A DNA stretch of 32,000 bases from Candidatus Saccharimonadota bacterium (GTDB taxonomy: Bacteria; Patescibacteriota; Gracilibacteria; BD1-5; UBA2023), in contig BAAFHK010000001.1 in the NCBI GenBank assembly GCA_042852035.1, positions 1-32,000 on the forward strand. Direction: 5' to 3'. Below are positions 19,441-29,824 of this stretch, piece after piece. The translations under genes and the position numbers were made by a program. A model generated the notes under the pieces. The model was not told the DNA's origin. It searched no databases and saw only the letters and a list, made by a program, of their open reading frames with translations. Positions within the stretch are counted from its first letter, which is position 1, and every line of letters begins with the position of its first letter.

Positions 19441-21402
19441 CTACTTCATAGATTTTCTTAGCGCCATAAGTTCGTCTCTTATTTCTGCCGCACGTTCAAA
19501 ATCAAGATTTGCAGCAGCTACATCCATCTCAAGTTCAAGACGTTTCTTGTAGGCTTCCATATTTGCAATATGACCTCCATCAAAGGGGTCTTTTTTCTTT
19601 GAAGGAATTCCGATTTCTTTAATCGATGAGAGAATTGTTTTTGGAGTAATTTTGTGTTTTTCGTTGTATGCCATTTGAATTTCGCGACGACGATAGGTTT
19701 CTGCTATGGCATCCTTCATGGCGATTGATTCTTTCTTATCGTGTGTATACATCACGACATGACCATTCACATTTCGTGCTGCACGACCAATAATTTGGAG
19801 GAGGGAAGTTTTCGAACGTAGAAATCCAATCTTTTCAGCATCAAGAATTGCAATAAATGAAGTTTCAGGAAGATCTAAACCTTCTCTGAGGAGATTAACC
19901 CCCACGATAACATCGATATTCCCGAGACGGAAATCTCGAAGTATTTCCAGACGTTCCAGGGTTTCTATCTCCGAATGGAGGTAGCGCACCTTGAGTCCGT
20001 TGCCTGCGAGGTATTCTGCAAGGTCTTCACTCGATCGTTTTGTAAGAGTGGTTATGATGGAGCGTTCGCCACGATTTTTTGCTGCATGAATATGTTTCAT
20101 CACGGAATCAACCATGAATTCCATATCTTCGATAGTAATTTCGGGGTCAAGAAGTCCAGTAGGTCTAATGACTTGTTCGGCAATAATTTCACTTCGTTCA
20201 AGCTCAAGGGCTGCAGGAGTAGCTGAGACATAGAGTGTCTGACCCGCTTTTTTCTCGAATTCTTGGCTGCGCAGAGGTCGGTTCTCAAGGGCTGATGGAA
20301 GTCGAAATCCATAATTGACGAGATTTTCTTTGCGCGCTCGGTCTCAGGCATACATCCCGCCAATCTGTGGGATGGTAATATGAGATTCATCGACGAACAT
20401 AAGATAGTCTTTTGGGAAGAAATCCATGAGCGTTGATGGTGGGTCTCCAGGCTTTCTATTTGAGAGATACATAGAATAGTTCTCAATTCCATTCACGAAT
20501 CCAACCTCAGAAAGCATTTCTATGTCATACTCAACTCTCATTTTGATACGTTCAGCTTCAACCAATTTTCCATTATTTTTGAAGAATTCAACTTGAGCCT
20601 CCATTTCTTCGCGAATTTTTGGGATAACTTCATCGATGATAGATTTACTCGTTACGAAGTGTTTTGCTGGAAAGATAACAGCTTCTTCAAGCTCTTCGAG
20701 TGTGACATAGGTAAGGTATTCAGCTCGAGTAATGCGTTCGAGAGTGTCACCGAAGAATTCAAGACGGAAAAATGATTCACTTGAGCTTGGCCAAATCTCA
20801 ACCGTATCGCCCATAATATGAAACATCCCCGCTTTAAAGTCCGCGGTTGATCGTTTGAATTGGAGATTTACAAGGGCAGCGATGAGGGCTTCGAGTTGAT
20901 AATCTTCACCCACTTTAAATCGTAAGCACTGTTTCTCGTATTCATCTACTTCACCGATACCATAGATGCAGGATACGGATGCTACAATGATAACATCTCG
21001 ACGTGTAAGGAGAGATTCGGTTGCTGCGTGTCGAAGTCTATCTATTTCCTCATTAATTGTCGCCTCTTTTTCTATATAAGCTCAAGTTTTTACCACGAAT
21101 GCTTCCGGTTGGTAGTAGTCATAGTAAGATACAAAATAGTGTACCGCATTTTCTGGGAAAAATTCCTTGAATTCTTGAGCAAGTTGAGCAGCAAGTGTTT
21201 TATTGTGAGCAAGAATAAGGGCAGGTCTCTGGCTTCGGGCTATAATATTAGCCATCGTAAAAGTCTTTCCTGATCCAGTTACTCCGAGAAGCGTTTGATA
21301 CTGGTGTCCAGAGTCGATAGATTCGAGCAGCTTCCCGATAGCCTCGGGCTGATCTCCGGTGGGAGAATATTTGGAATGGAGCTTAAATATATTGTGAGTC
21401 AT
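19441..21402 (-). CDS. uvrB: Excinuclease ABC subunit B (653 aa)
   Basis: One frame joins track ORFs 19441-20124, 20344-20913 and 21082-21402. Motifs: '[12 protein letters not shown]' (Walker A), 'FVDESH', 'QIGGMYA(G)[24 protein letters not shown]', and a C-terminal UVR domain '[13 protein letters not shown]'. Confidence 0.95.
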
Positions 21403-21505
21403 AGAAAGAAATCACCGTATTCTAATGAAATTTACATAAGTTTCAAAATCTAAATTTTGGAAACAGGTATTTTCACTATAATCAAAGAACTTCTTTCTTT
21501 CTTCT

Positions 21506-22471
21506 ATGCTTCTTTCCATCTTTTTTCTACTTGCCTGACTTATTCTCCTTACGGTTGGGGGGAACCTTCTCGTTGATGGTTCGATCTCTCTTGCAAAAAA
21601 ATGGAAAATTTCAGAAGCAGTTATTGGACTTACTATTGTTGCTATAGGCACAAGTATGCCAGAACTTATAGTCTCCTTACTAGCATCAATTTCTGGAAAT
21701 ACGGATATTGCAATAGGGAATGTATTAGGTTCAAATATTGCAAATATTTTTCTTATTCTCTGAATTACAGCTATTGTGGCCCCGATTAACCTCTCTGCCA
21801 CGACTCGATTTTTTGATCTTCCTGTGAATATTTTAGTATCAATCTTGCTTGGGGTTATCGTCAGTGATATATTCCTGGATGGATTACATCTAAATCTTAT
21901 TGGACGAATTGACGGAATTATTCTCCTCTCTTTTGCTGTTATCTATATTCTTTATTCACTCAAGCATAACAACTTTATTCCAAGTGAGACGGATGAAGTT
22001 GAACGAATACTATCTTCTTGGAAGGCAATTCTATGGGTATTGGGTGGAATATGAGTACTCTTTATTGGATGAAAAATATTGGTCACGGGAGCGGTTGATC
22101 TCGCGAAAATGGTAGGAATTTCTGAAAGCATTATTGGTCTTACAATCGTTGCTATAGGTACGAGCACTCCAGAAATGATTACCTCAATTATCGCTGCAAA
22201 ACGATGAAAGCCCGACATTGCTGTCGGGAATATCGTTGGTTCAAATATTATGAACATTCTCGTTATACTTTGAGTTTCTGCGTTTATAGCGCCACTTCCA
22301 TTTAAGCTCGCATCATTTATTGATCTATTTATGGCATTTATAGCACCAGTAGTAGTGCTTGTGCTTTCGCTTGTATGGACGAGAAACAAACTTGAAAGAA
22401 GAGATGGGATTACTCTTGTTATTATGTATCTCATCTATCTTGGCTATTTGATTTCAGAAGAAATACTTTAA
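21506..22471 (+). CDS. CaCA-family Ca2+/cation antiporter (YrbG-like, 321 aa)
   Basis: Runs from ATG 21506 to TAA 22469-22471. Two alpha-repeats are present: 'GLTIVAIGTSMPELIVS...AIGNVLGSNIANIFLIL(G)' and 'GLTIVAIGTSTPEMITS...AVGNIVGSNIMNILVIL(G)'. It is hydrophobic throughout. Confidence 0.88.
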
Positions 22472-23058
22472 GATAAAACTTCTGGAATCTTCGGTAGTGA
22501 TTTTCATCGTCTTGGACTTGATCGAGAGATTCTTCTCTTATAGAAAATATTTCCTCCACTCATTCACTCAGTTCGAAACTCAGTTACATAAGTGTCTCGA
22601 ATGCTCGGATCAAGTTTATATACTATTTCACTTGCTTCTCGGAAGTTATATCATTCTTGCATAAGTCTAAATAATTCTCGTTGCACAATAACTCCTCTTA
22701 CACTAATTCTTTGAAATGGTGGGACTATCGATGATGCTGTGAGGATTTCTGATGCGCCATTTTTGAGTATTTGGGTATCACTGAGGAGTATTGGCTCGTG
22801 ATGTCATTCCTCATATCTTTCTCCCATAAGGTGAGGAAGTTTTTGTCATACGAGCTCCTCCTCATCACAGAGTGATGCGAGGATTTGTGCGAATTTTACT
22901 TCGTCTCGTATTCCCTCATTGCTTCTCGCGTGAGGGAATTTCATACGAATAAGTTCATGTATTCGAAGGGAAGTTCTCCAGACAGTTGTGCTGGTCTGTG
23001 ATTCTATAAGAGAACGAGCCTCACAAAGATGTAAAAAGAGATCGTTATCTGAAAGCAT
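22468..23058 (-). CDS. Orphan protein (196 aa), last gene of the bcp operon
   Basis: Runs from ATG 23058 to TAA 22468-22470. It extends track ORF 22846-23058 through in-frame TGAs, with no TAA or TAG (checked). It starts 5 nt after the bcp stop. Confidence 0.55.
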
Positions 23059-23063
23059 AGATA

Positions 23064-23465
23064 CTACTGAATTTCTTTTAATAATTTTTCAGCATGCCCC
23101 TTTGCTTTTACATTTCTCCATTCTTGCAGGATTTCTCCATTTTCATCCAGAAGAAAAGTTGATCGAATAACGCCTATATACACTTTTCCATAATTCTTTT
23201 TTTCTCCTATTACACCGAATTGTTCATGGAGTTCTCCACTTGTATCTGATATGAGCTCGATGCCGAGATTACATTTATCGCGAAATTTCGCATGAGATAT
23301 TTCAGAGTCCTTTGATACCCCGATGATATGTATCCCGAGCGCCTTGAACTCATCTTTTAGTCTTGTAAAATCTTGAGCCTCAAGAGTGCATCAAGGAGTA
23401 TCATCTTTCGGATAGAAATAGAGAAGCGTCTTTTTGTTCCCTTGTAAGATTTTCGTAAGATCCAT
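23064..23465 (-). CDS. bcp: Peroxiredoxin, Bcp/thiol peroxidase type (133 aa)
   Basis: Sequence: 'MDLTKILQGNKKTLLYFYPKDDTP(G)CTLEAQDF...GVSKDS...HAKF'. The active-site PxDxTPGCT motif has its glycine encoded by TGA 23391-23393. The gene is absent from the standard-code track. Confidence 0.85.
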
Positions 23466-23485
23466 AGTTTTTTGGTTTTGGAAGA

Positions 23486-24169
23486 TTAAAGTGGTCAGTA
23501 ACTTCTTTTTCATCGGGACTTTTTATCACTTTCAGCAAGAGCTCTATGTATCAGGTCTTCGATATGAGATTGTAACTCTCATACTCTTTCTCATATTCAT
23601 GTGGAAACTTGGAGGGCTTGATGCATAGCAATCAAAACTTCTTCAGGTGGAAGGAGGGAGCGTAAGTATGCTAGGGCCCTTTTTCTGGTTGCTTCCATCT
23701 GCTCTTCGGTGAGTCTATTTATTTTTCCAGCATTTGGGTCATACTCAAGAAGTAATGGGGCATCTTCTTTTGGAGAGAAGTAGAGTTCAGTAAGTTCTGG
23801 ATTGTGCTTGAGTACTTGGTCCATGAACTTCTGACTTCCTCGACTGAATATGGGGTGTTTATTAGTATCATTTCAATCATCGGGAGGGAATTCTTCATAC
23901 AGGGTTCCTCGAGCCATTGCTTCTGCTATATCTTCATTAAGTGTCACGAAAGCTTGAGTAAAGAGAATGCTTCTGATGGAAGAAGAGTGTAATTTTCGTA
24001 TCCAATCGCTTGTTATCTTTTTTGCCTCTTTATCGTTATCGACTCTTGTTCGTTCTTCATGAATCGACCAGAGTCTCATCATAAGTTTTTCCTCACGTCC
24101 TTTTCTCCGAGCTAAAAGTTTTTCTCGTTGATCATAGATGTCTCAATTTTCACGAAAACTTTTTCCCAT
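23486..24169 (-). CDS. Orphan protein (227 aa), first gene of the bcp operon
   Basis: The frame joins track ORFs 23597-23824 and 23873-24082. ATG 24169 is the first start after the in-frame TAG at 24185. The stop is TAA 23486-23488, 20 nt before the bcp start. Confidence 0.6.
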
Positions 24170-24231
24170 ACCAAGCAGTATAGACTATTTTTTAGTATTA
24201 CAAGATATATATTATTTTTTTGAACGATATT

Positions 24232-24750
24232 TTAGGCAAAAGAGTTTCCTTCTTCGTCTATTTTTCTCTCTCATTCATCTGTATCAAGATGAATTTCATG
24301 AGATATGAGACGAATGCCTTTGATTCGGTATCTCATGTGCTCATCGTCCATCTCATATTCGAGTACAAAGTCATATGGTTCATCTGAATTACTCGAGAAG
24401 ATATTTCGTAATTTTGCAGCCTCACTTTTTCCCATTCGATGTTCATAAAGATAGCTAAAATCCTCAAATAGAGGGTGCATAATTTCTTTCGTAGCTCGAT
24501 CGAGGGTGTAGGTGAGATTTCCTGATGGTACATCAAGGTTTCTGAGAAGACTAAAAATATGAGCCTCCCTTCTTTCGCATTCAATAACCATCTTTTGTAA
24601 TTCGAGTGCTTTTTTGTGAGAATTTTTGAGCTCTTTGAGAGATTCTTGTGCTATAAATCGTATTGCTTCGATAGTGCCTCATCCTTTCGACACTTCGATA
24701 AAGGATGCAGCGAGATAGGGATAGATCGAAGGAGTATTATTGAGAGGCAT
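24232..24750 (-). CDS. Orphan protein (172 aa)
   Basis: Extends track ORF 24271-24591 in both directions. ATG 24750 follows an in-frame TAA, and the stop is TAA 24232-24234. Confidence 0.55.
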
Positions 24751-24760
24751 ACATTATTTA

Positions 24761-25270
24761 CTACTTTTGAGCGACAGGGGAGCCTTGAGGTTGAGTTCAC
24801 TTTTTTCCTCAAAGAGTGTCCAAAAGTGCTGCGGCTCGACCTTGAGCCCGAGCAAGGGCTTCTGCTTTTTCTCGGGAAGCGGCTTGTTCTTGTTGGAGTC
24901 TTGCGGCATCTATACGTGCTTGATTTTCTTGTTCAGCTCGATTTGCAGCATCTGTACGTGCCTGTGTCATAGTTCCATCGAGGGAAGCGGCTCGTTCACT
25001 AGCACTTACGAGGGGCGCTCAAAAGAGTTTTTCAGCGAGTCTTCACTTTCCCGTTCGGATATAATCTTCAGCATCCCTACGGATGCCATCCGCCCAAAGT
25101 TTTTTCCCAGCATATCTCAGAGTGCTATCATTATTTTTCCCATCAATAATTGCTTTTAATTTTGCCCTCATGAGTGTGAGATCACTTTTTGTTTCAGTTC
25201 AGAGCTTTCCAAGGGCTTCAGTAACCTTAGGATCAACGAGGAGATCGCTTAACCCATCATTTTGTGACAT
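24761..25270 (-). CDS. Orphan Ala/Gln-rich coiled-coil protein (169 aa)
   Basis: Runs from ATG 25270 to TAG 24761-24763. It has 5 in-frame TGA and no TAA or TAG (checked). It encodes '...TQARTDAANRAEQENQARIDAARLQQEQAASREKAEALARAQGRAAA...'. The overlapping plus-strand track ORFs are antisense artefacts. Confidence 0.55.
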
Positions 25271-25294
25271 GACTTCGGTTCACATATTGTAGAA

Positions 25295-25585
25295 TTAGAA
25301 ATTATAATTTAATACCAGACCTTCTTTCTCTTCATTTTCTTTTTCACTGTTTTCATACTGAGTTATTTTAGCAAGGGTTTTTCTTGAGAACTGTGACATA
25401 TCATGGAAGTATTCCTCCACATATTTTTGCTTCTCGATGAGCGCCTCATCATCGAGGCTATCGAGCTCGAGGTAGATTGCTTTGAGTCACTTTGTGTCAT
25501 TCACCTCAAATATTTCTCCAATAATCTCTGTAAGGTGGACGATATATTTCTGGCGTGCTTTCGAATCAACAAATCTTTTTTGCAT
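25295..25585 (-). CDS. Small orphan protein (96 aa), paralog of the 26011-26310 product
   Basis: Runs from ATG 25585 to TAA 25295-25297. 'ARQKYIVHLTEIIGEIFEVNDTKGLKAIYLELDSLDDEALIEKQKYVEEYF' aligns with 'ARKNFIIGITEIILQIFDISSEERRNIIINELSALDDATLLEKKDSIDDYF'. Confidence 0.6.
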
Positions 25586-25646
25586 AGCGTGAGTTCATAA
25601 AAGGAATAAATCTTCTATAATTATTCCATAACTCTTTATTTCCGTC

Positions 25647-25676
25647 AAAAAAAGAGGTGAATTCACCTCTTTTTTT
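25647..25676. terminator. Bidirectional rho-independent terminator
   Basis: Perfect palindrome agaggtgaattcacctct (25653-25670), flanked by an A-run and a T-run. Confidence 0.8.
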
Positions 25677-25989
25677 ATGCTTGTTTTGAATTTTTTCAGA
25701 AATTGAGCTCTGCCACCAATTGCTTCAGGGCAACATCGATAGCCTTCTGTCTTTGCGTCTGGACCCGCTCAGCAAATCCTCTAAATGCCAGAGCAACCTG
25801 TGAAGAATCCGTATGCTCTATAGCAGCAGTAATCGCAGAGTTTAACATCTCTTGAGCGTAAGGTGTTGCTTCATTGTGGAGTTTCTCGAGAAAATCTCTC
25901 ACGTCTCGAGTGTCAAGAACGGGGTGAGCTTGAGCGAGTCTATCGACCTGCTCACGAGATCAGAGTTGTTCCGGTGAATATTGAGTCAT
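25675..25989 (-). CDS. Small helical orphan protein (104 aa)
   Basis: Runs from ATG 25989. It extends track ORF 25696-25902 at both ends. The standard-code stop TGA 25696-25698 is read through to TAA 25675-25677, which abuts the terminator. Confidence 0.55.
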
Positions 25990-26010
25990 ATGTGTTTTTT
26001 TATGTTATAT

Positions 26011-26310
26011 TTATGCGAGGATGATGCCTTCTAGAGATTTATCGAGATCTTTTTGCTCCTCCTTTTCGAGGTAGAGATGTTCCATACGTAGAAGTTGGTA
26101 GAAGTATGACTTATTGATTTCATTCGCCTTTAGGAAATAGTCATCGATGGAATCTTTCTTTTCCAGAAGAGTAGCATCATCAAGGGCTGAGAGTTCATTT
26201 ATTATGATATTTCGACGCTCTTCACTTGAGATATCAAAAATCTGGAGAATAATCTCAGTAATCCCGATGATGAAATTTTTTCGTGCTTCTTCGGTAAAAA
26301 GTGCTTCCAT
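26011..26310 (-). CDS. Small orphan protein (99 aa), paralog of the 25295-25585 product
   Basis: Corresponds to track ORF 26011-26319. ATG 26310 is preferred over the TTG at 26319 because it aligns with the paralog's N-terminus. Confidence 0.6.
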   Translation of the reverse strand: MEALFTEEARKNFIIGITEIILQIFDISSEERRNIIINELSALDDATLLEKKDSIDDYFLKANEINKSYFYQLLRMEHLYLEKEEQKDLDKSLEGIILA

Positions 26311-26408
26311 GAGAATCAAAAACTATACGGTGCTAGAGTAACAGATAGAGCCTATTCTGTCAACTTCTTTGTCTCGTAGTTTCTTTAAAATGCGGTAAAA
26401 ATATAGAA

Positions 26409-26435
26409 TTAGCACGTAGATAAAAAAAGTGCTAA
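26409..26435. promoter_or_regulatory. CIRCE-like inverted repeat (HrcA operator) upstream of dnaK
   Basis: ttagcacgt-agataaaaa-aagtgctaa compared with the consensus TTAGCACTC-N9-GAGTGCTAA. It is 27 nt long with 7+7 outer arm positions matching. Confidence 0.7.
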
Positions 26436-26441
26436 AAAGTT

Positions 26442-26469
26442 TTGACAGAAGAAAAAATTCTGATACAAT
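26442..26469 (+). promoter_or_regulatory. Sigma70-like promoter of dnaK
   Basis: TTGACA (26442-26447), a 16-nt spacer, then TACAAT (26464-26469) with an extended -10 TG at 26461-26462. This implies a leader of about 110 nt. Confidence 0.55.
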
Positions 26470-26582
26470 TTTTTGCAAGTTTAGGTTTTCGGGGCATGGA
26501 TTGCTTCGTACCTCGCAATGACGGGAGCACTAATCCCGTATTGAAAACTTATCACTTTATCATTCATAACTCACTCTCTCAT

Positions 26583-28469
26583 ATGTGAAAAATTATCGGT
26601 ATCGATCTCGGAACCACCAACTCTTGTGTTGCCTTCATGGAAGGTGGACAGGCAAAAGTTATCCCCAATACTGAAGGGGGAAATACAACTCCATCAGTTG
26701 TTGCTCTTAAAAAAGATGGTGAAACTATCGTTGGTATGCCAGCTCGCCGCCAATCAGTGACGAATCCTACGAAGACCATCTACTCAGCGAAGCGATTTAT
26801 CGGACGCAAATTCTCAGAAGTTCAAGATGAAATCAAGAATGTTCCATTTAAGGTGACTGAAGGACCAGATGGAGGAGCGATGATCGAATGGGACGGGAAG
26901 CCTGTACGTCCAGAAGAAATCTCAGCAAAAGTCCTCGAAAAGCTCAAGCATGATGCTGAGAAATATCTCGGACAGAAAGTAACAGAAGCGGTTATCACGG
27001 TTCCTGCTTACTTCAATGATGCAGAGCGTCAGGCAACTATCAATGCTGGAAAAATCGCAGGACTCGATGTGAAGCGTATCGTCAACGAACCAACCGCTGC
27101 TGCCCTCGCCTATGGTGCAGATAAAAATAAAGATCAAAAAGTAGCTGTCTACGACTTCGGTGGAGGAACATTCGATATCTCTATCCTCGAAATCGGAGCA
27201 GAAGGAACCTTCGAAGTGCTCGCGACCAATGGTGATACTCACCTCGGTGGTGATGACTTCGATCAGAAGATCTTCGAATACGTGATGAGCGAATTCCAGA
27301 AAGATACTGGTATCGATCTCCGTAAGGATCCTATGGCAGTACAGCGTGTCCGCTCTGCTTCTGAAAAGGCAAAAATCGAACTCTCAAGTGCGACTTCTAC
27401 TGAGATCAACGAACCATTCATTGCGATGAATGATGGAGTGCCATCAAACCTCAATATGACGATTACTCGTGCGAAGTTCGAGGAGCTCATCGCCGACCTC
27501 GTAGAGCGCTCTATGGAGCCATGTCGAAAGGTGATGAAGGATGCAGGACTCCAAGCGAACCAGATTCACGAAGTAATCCTCGTCGGAGGTTCGACTCGTG
27601 TCCCGATGATTAAGCAAAAGGTGGAACAATTCTTCGGAAAGAAACCCAATGAATCCGTCCACCCAGACGAAGCAGTTGCTCTCGGAGCTGGTATCCAGGC
27701 AGGTATCATCCAGGGTGATGTGAAGGATGTTCTCCTCCTCGATGTCACTCCACTCTCACTCGGTATCGAGACTCTCGGAGGTGTGATGACTCGCATGATC
27801 GAGCGAAACACGACTATCCCAACCAGTAAATCTCAGGTCTACTCAACCGCTGCTGATAACCAAGACAGTGTAGAAATCCACATCCTCCAAGGTGAGCGTG
27901 AGATGGCGAATGATAATAAGTCTCTCGGACGATTCATCCTCTCGGGTATCGCTGCTGCTCCACGTGGTATCCCACAGATCGAGGTGACTCTTGATATCGA
28001 TGCTTCAGGAGTCCTGCATGTCACTGCGAAGGATAAGGGAACCGGCAAAGAACAAAAAATCACCGTCCAAGGCTCAACCGGAATGAGTGATGATGAAATC
28101 GATAAACTCGTAAAGGAAGCTGAAGCAAACCGCGAAGCCGATAAGAAGAAAAAGGAAGCTATCGAAGTTCGCAATCACGCTGACTCCCTCGTCTACCAAT
28201 CAGGCAAAACTCTCGAAGAGAACAAAGGAAAATATGAAGAAGCCGACGGCAAGACTGCAGAAAGTGCGCTCGAGAGACTGAAGCAAGTCCTCGCTGACTC
28301 GAACTCAAGCAAAGAAGACATCGAGGAAGCCACTAAGGTCCTCAATGATGTCATGATGAAGATTGGCCAAGCCATCTACTCACATGCGGGTGACCCTGAG
28401 AAAAAGGACGAAGCAGGAGAGAAGAAGAATGATGATGGAAGTGTCGAGGCTGAGGTAGAGGAGAAGTAA
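26583..28469 (+). CDS. dnaK: Chaperone DnaK/Hsp70 (628 aa)
   Basis: ATG 26583 then TGA 26586 gives M(G)[15 protein letters not shown], the canonical DnaK N-terminus. The rest is track ORF 26637-28469, with 'DLGGGTFD' and 'VILVGGSTR'. Stops are tandem: TAA 28467-28469 then TAG. Confidence 0.97.
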
Positions 28470-28474
28470 TAGTT

Positions 28475-28506
28475 ATCCCCACTAATTTTGAGTGGGGATT
28501 TTTTTA
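28475..28506 (+). terminator. Rho-independent terminator of dnaK
   Basis: Stem atccccact / agtggggat (28475-28483 and 28491-28499), followed by a T-run. Confidence 0.8.
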
Positions 28507-28518
28507 AATTTTTTAAAT

Positions 28519-29733
28519 ATGGCTCGTAAATTTTCAGAAATTCTTATCACAGAAGATTTATGAATAATTGATCTTATTCATTCAAAAATTCAAAAATTCA
28601 GGGATAGATTTTCATCAGAGAATGATCCAGCAGCAAATGCACTTAATAATGCTATGGCGTTTATTGAGGTTAAACAAGTTCGAAATATTGATCAAGCTAC
28701 TAAGGATATATTTGAATTAATACAAAAAAACCCGAATGCTATTATGACAGATTCGATGGAATGACTTTGGGATTACTGTGGAGAAAGATATAGTAGTTTA
28801 TATAAAAGTATTCGATGATTTAATGAATCCTGACCATGAGTACATGATATACTTATATCTAATGAATGGCAGAATTTCGAGAAGAATATAAAGTCGCAAT
28901 TTCATGAGTTTGATAATTACCAAAATAGATATTCAGAAAAATTTGAGAAGATTAATGAATTAGAAAGTAGAACATATACTTTACTCTCGCTTGTAAAATC
29001 GGCAATACTAGAATCAAAATGAATATCAGAGCAAGTTAAATTACCTGATTGATTTGAGGAAGCTAATAAAATTGCTGATTCACTATTAAAAAATAAGAGC
29101 CTCATTGAATCAGGTATAGAGTCTAGTAAATCTATTCAAAATTTTAATGTAAATAATATTGATGAGGCATTAAAAAATGTGTGAGAAATGTTTTATAATA
29201 AAGACACTTATATACCATTTCAGAATCCAAAATGGACATGGAAGGATTTTATGAAATTTATTAAATTCAATATTTGAGAGGCTATCGTTGTTTTTTCTGA
29301 GGATTTCTTCAAATCTCCAAAGTGGTGGCTTCTCTTGGGAATGGTACCATTGATTACGATATTTTCTGTATTATGGTCAGAGTATAATTTTATTTTAATT
29401 TCTAAAGATGTAGACTTAAAGAAATATCAAGATTACTGGCAAATACTAGTTTCTACACATATAATTTTCGTATCATTTGTTTGATACATTGTTGTATTTT
29501 GCTTTTGAAATTATAGAAAGCTAGAAGCAAGAATGGAGAGTTATAAATTTAGATCTATTCTTACAAAGTCTTTTTGATATCTTATAAAATCAGCTGATGA
29601 TGAACAAAAAAAGATCTTATACCCAAAAGCCTTGGACGCTATTTTTAAAGATTTACCTGAAGCAAATATAGGACAGGATTTAAATATTAACTTACCAGTT
29701 ACAGAAATCATAAAATGATTAAATTCTAAATAA
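28519..29733 (+). CDS. AT-rich orphan membrane protein (404 aa): roughly 250-aa soluble N-terminal region and two predicted TM helices
   Basis: A 405-codon frame with 13 in-frame TGA and no TAA or TAG, checked triplet by triplet, despite roughly 25-30% GC. TM segments: 'WWLLLGMVPLITIFSVLW' and 'ILVSTHIIFVSFVGYIVVFCF'. The gene is entirely absent from the standard-code track. Confidence 0.7.
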
Positions 29734-29760
29734 AAATCCCTCCATTTCGGAGGTTTTTTT
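29732..29760 (+). terminator. Rho-independent terminator
   Basis: Stem cctcc / ggagg (29739-29743 and 29749-29753) followed by T7. It shares the 13-mer aaaaatccctcca with the terminator at 30434. Confidence 0.6.
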
Positions 29761-29775
29761 ATTGTGATAATAATA

Positions 29776-29804
29776 TTGACTATTCATAATTAAATGTAAT
29801 ATAT
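29776..29804 (+). promoter_or_regulatory. Promoter-like element for the 29825 gene
   Basis: TTGACT (29776-29781) followed by AT-rich -10 candidates (taatat 29797-29802 or atatat 29799-29804). The exact -10 is ambiguous. Confidence 0.35.
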
Positions 29805-29824
29805 ACAGATACTATTTCTTCCAT

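Noticed and set aside
19441-21402. uvrB (three pieces), mfd (several pieces), the cyclase and the giant gene look like pseudogenes disrupted by premature stops in the standard-code track.
   Set aside because: All interruptions are TGA, never TAA or TAG. The fragments stay in one frame, and the TGAs sit at conserved glycines. These are intact genes read with the wrong code.
21952-22434. 160-aa minus-strand ORF, plus 21412-21801 minus.
   Set aside because: They are antisense to the CaCA antiporter, whose duplicated alpha-repeat motifs identify the plus strand as coding.
24616-25292. Plus-strand track ORFs 24616-24972, 24740-25159 and 25083-25292.
   Set aside because: They are Ser/Leu/Phe-rich nonsense translations. 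The minus strand gives back-to-back frames with proper ATG and TAA/TAG boundaries and 10-nt spacing.
26520-26540. The hairpin cgggagcactaatcccg, considered as a second CIRCE element.
   Set aside because: There is only one imperfect half-site (gagcactaa versus GAGTGCTAA) and no partner arm at N9 spacing.
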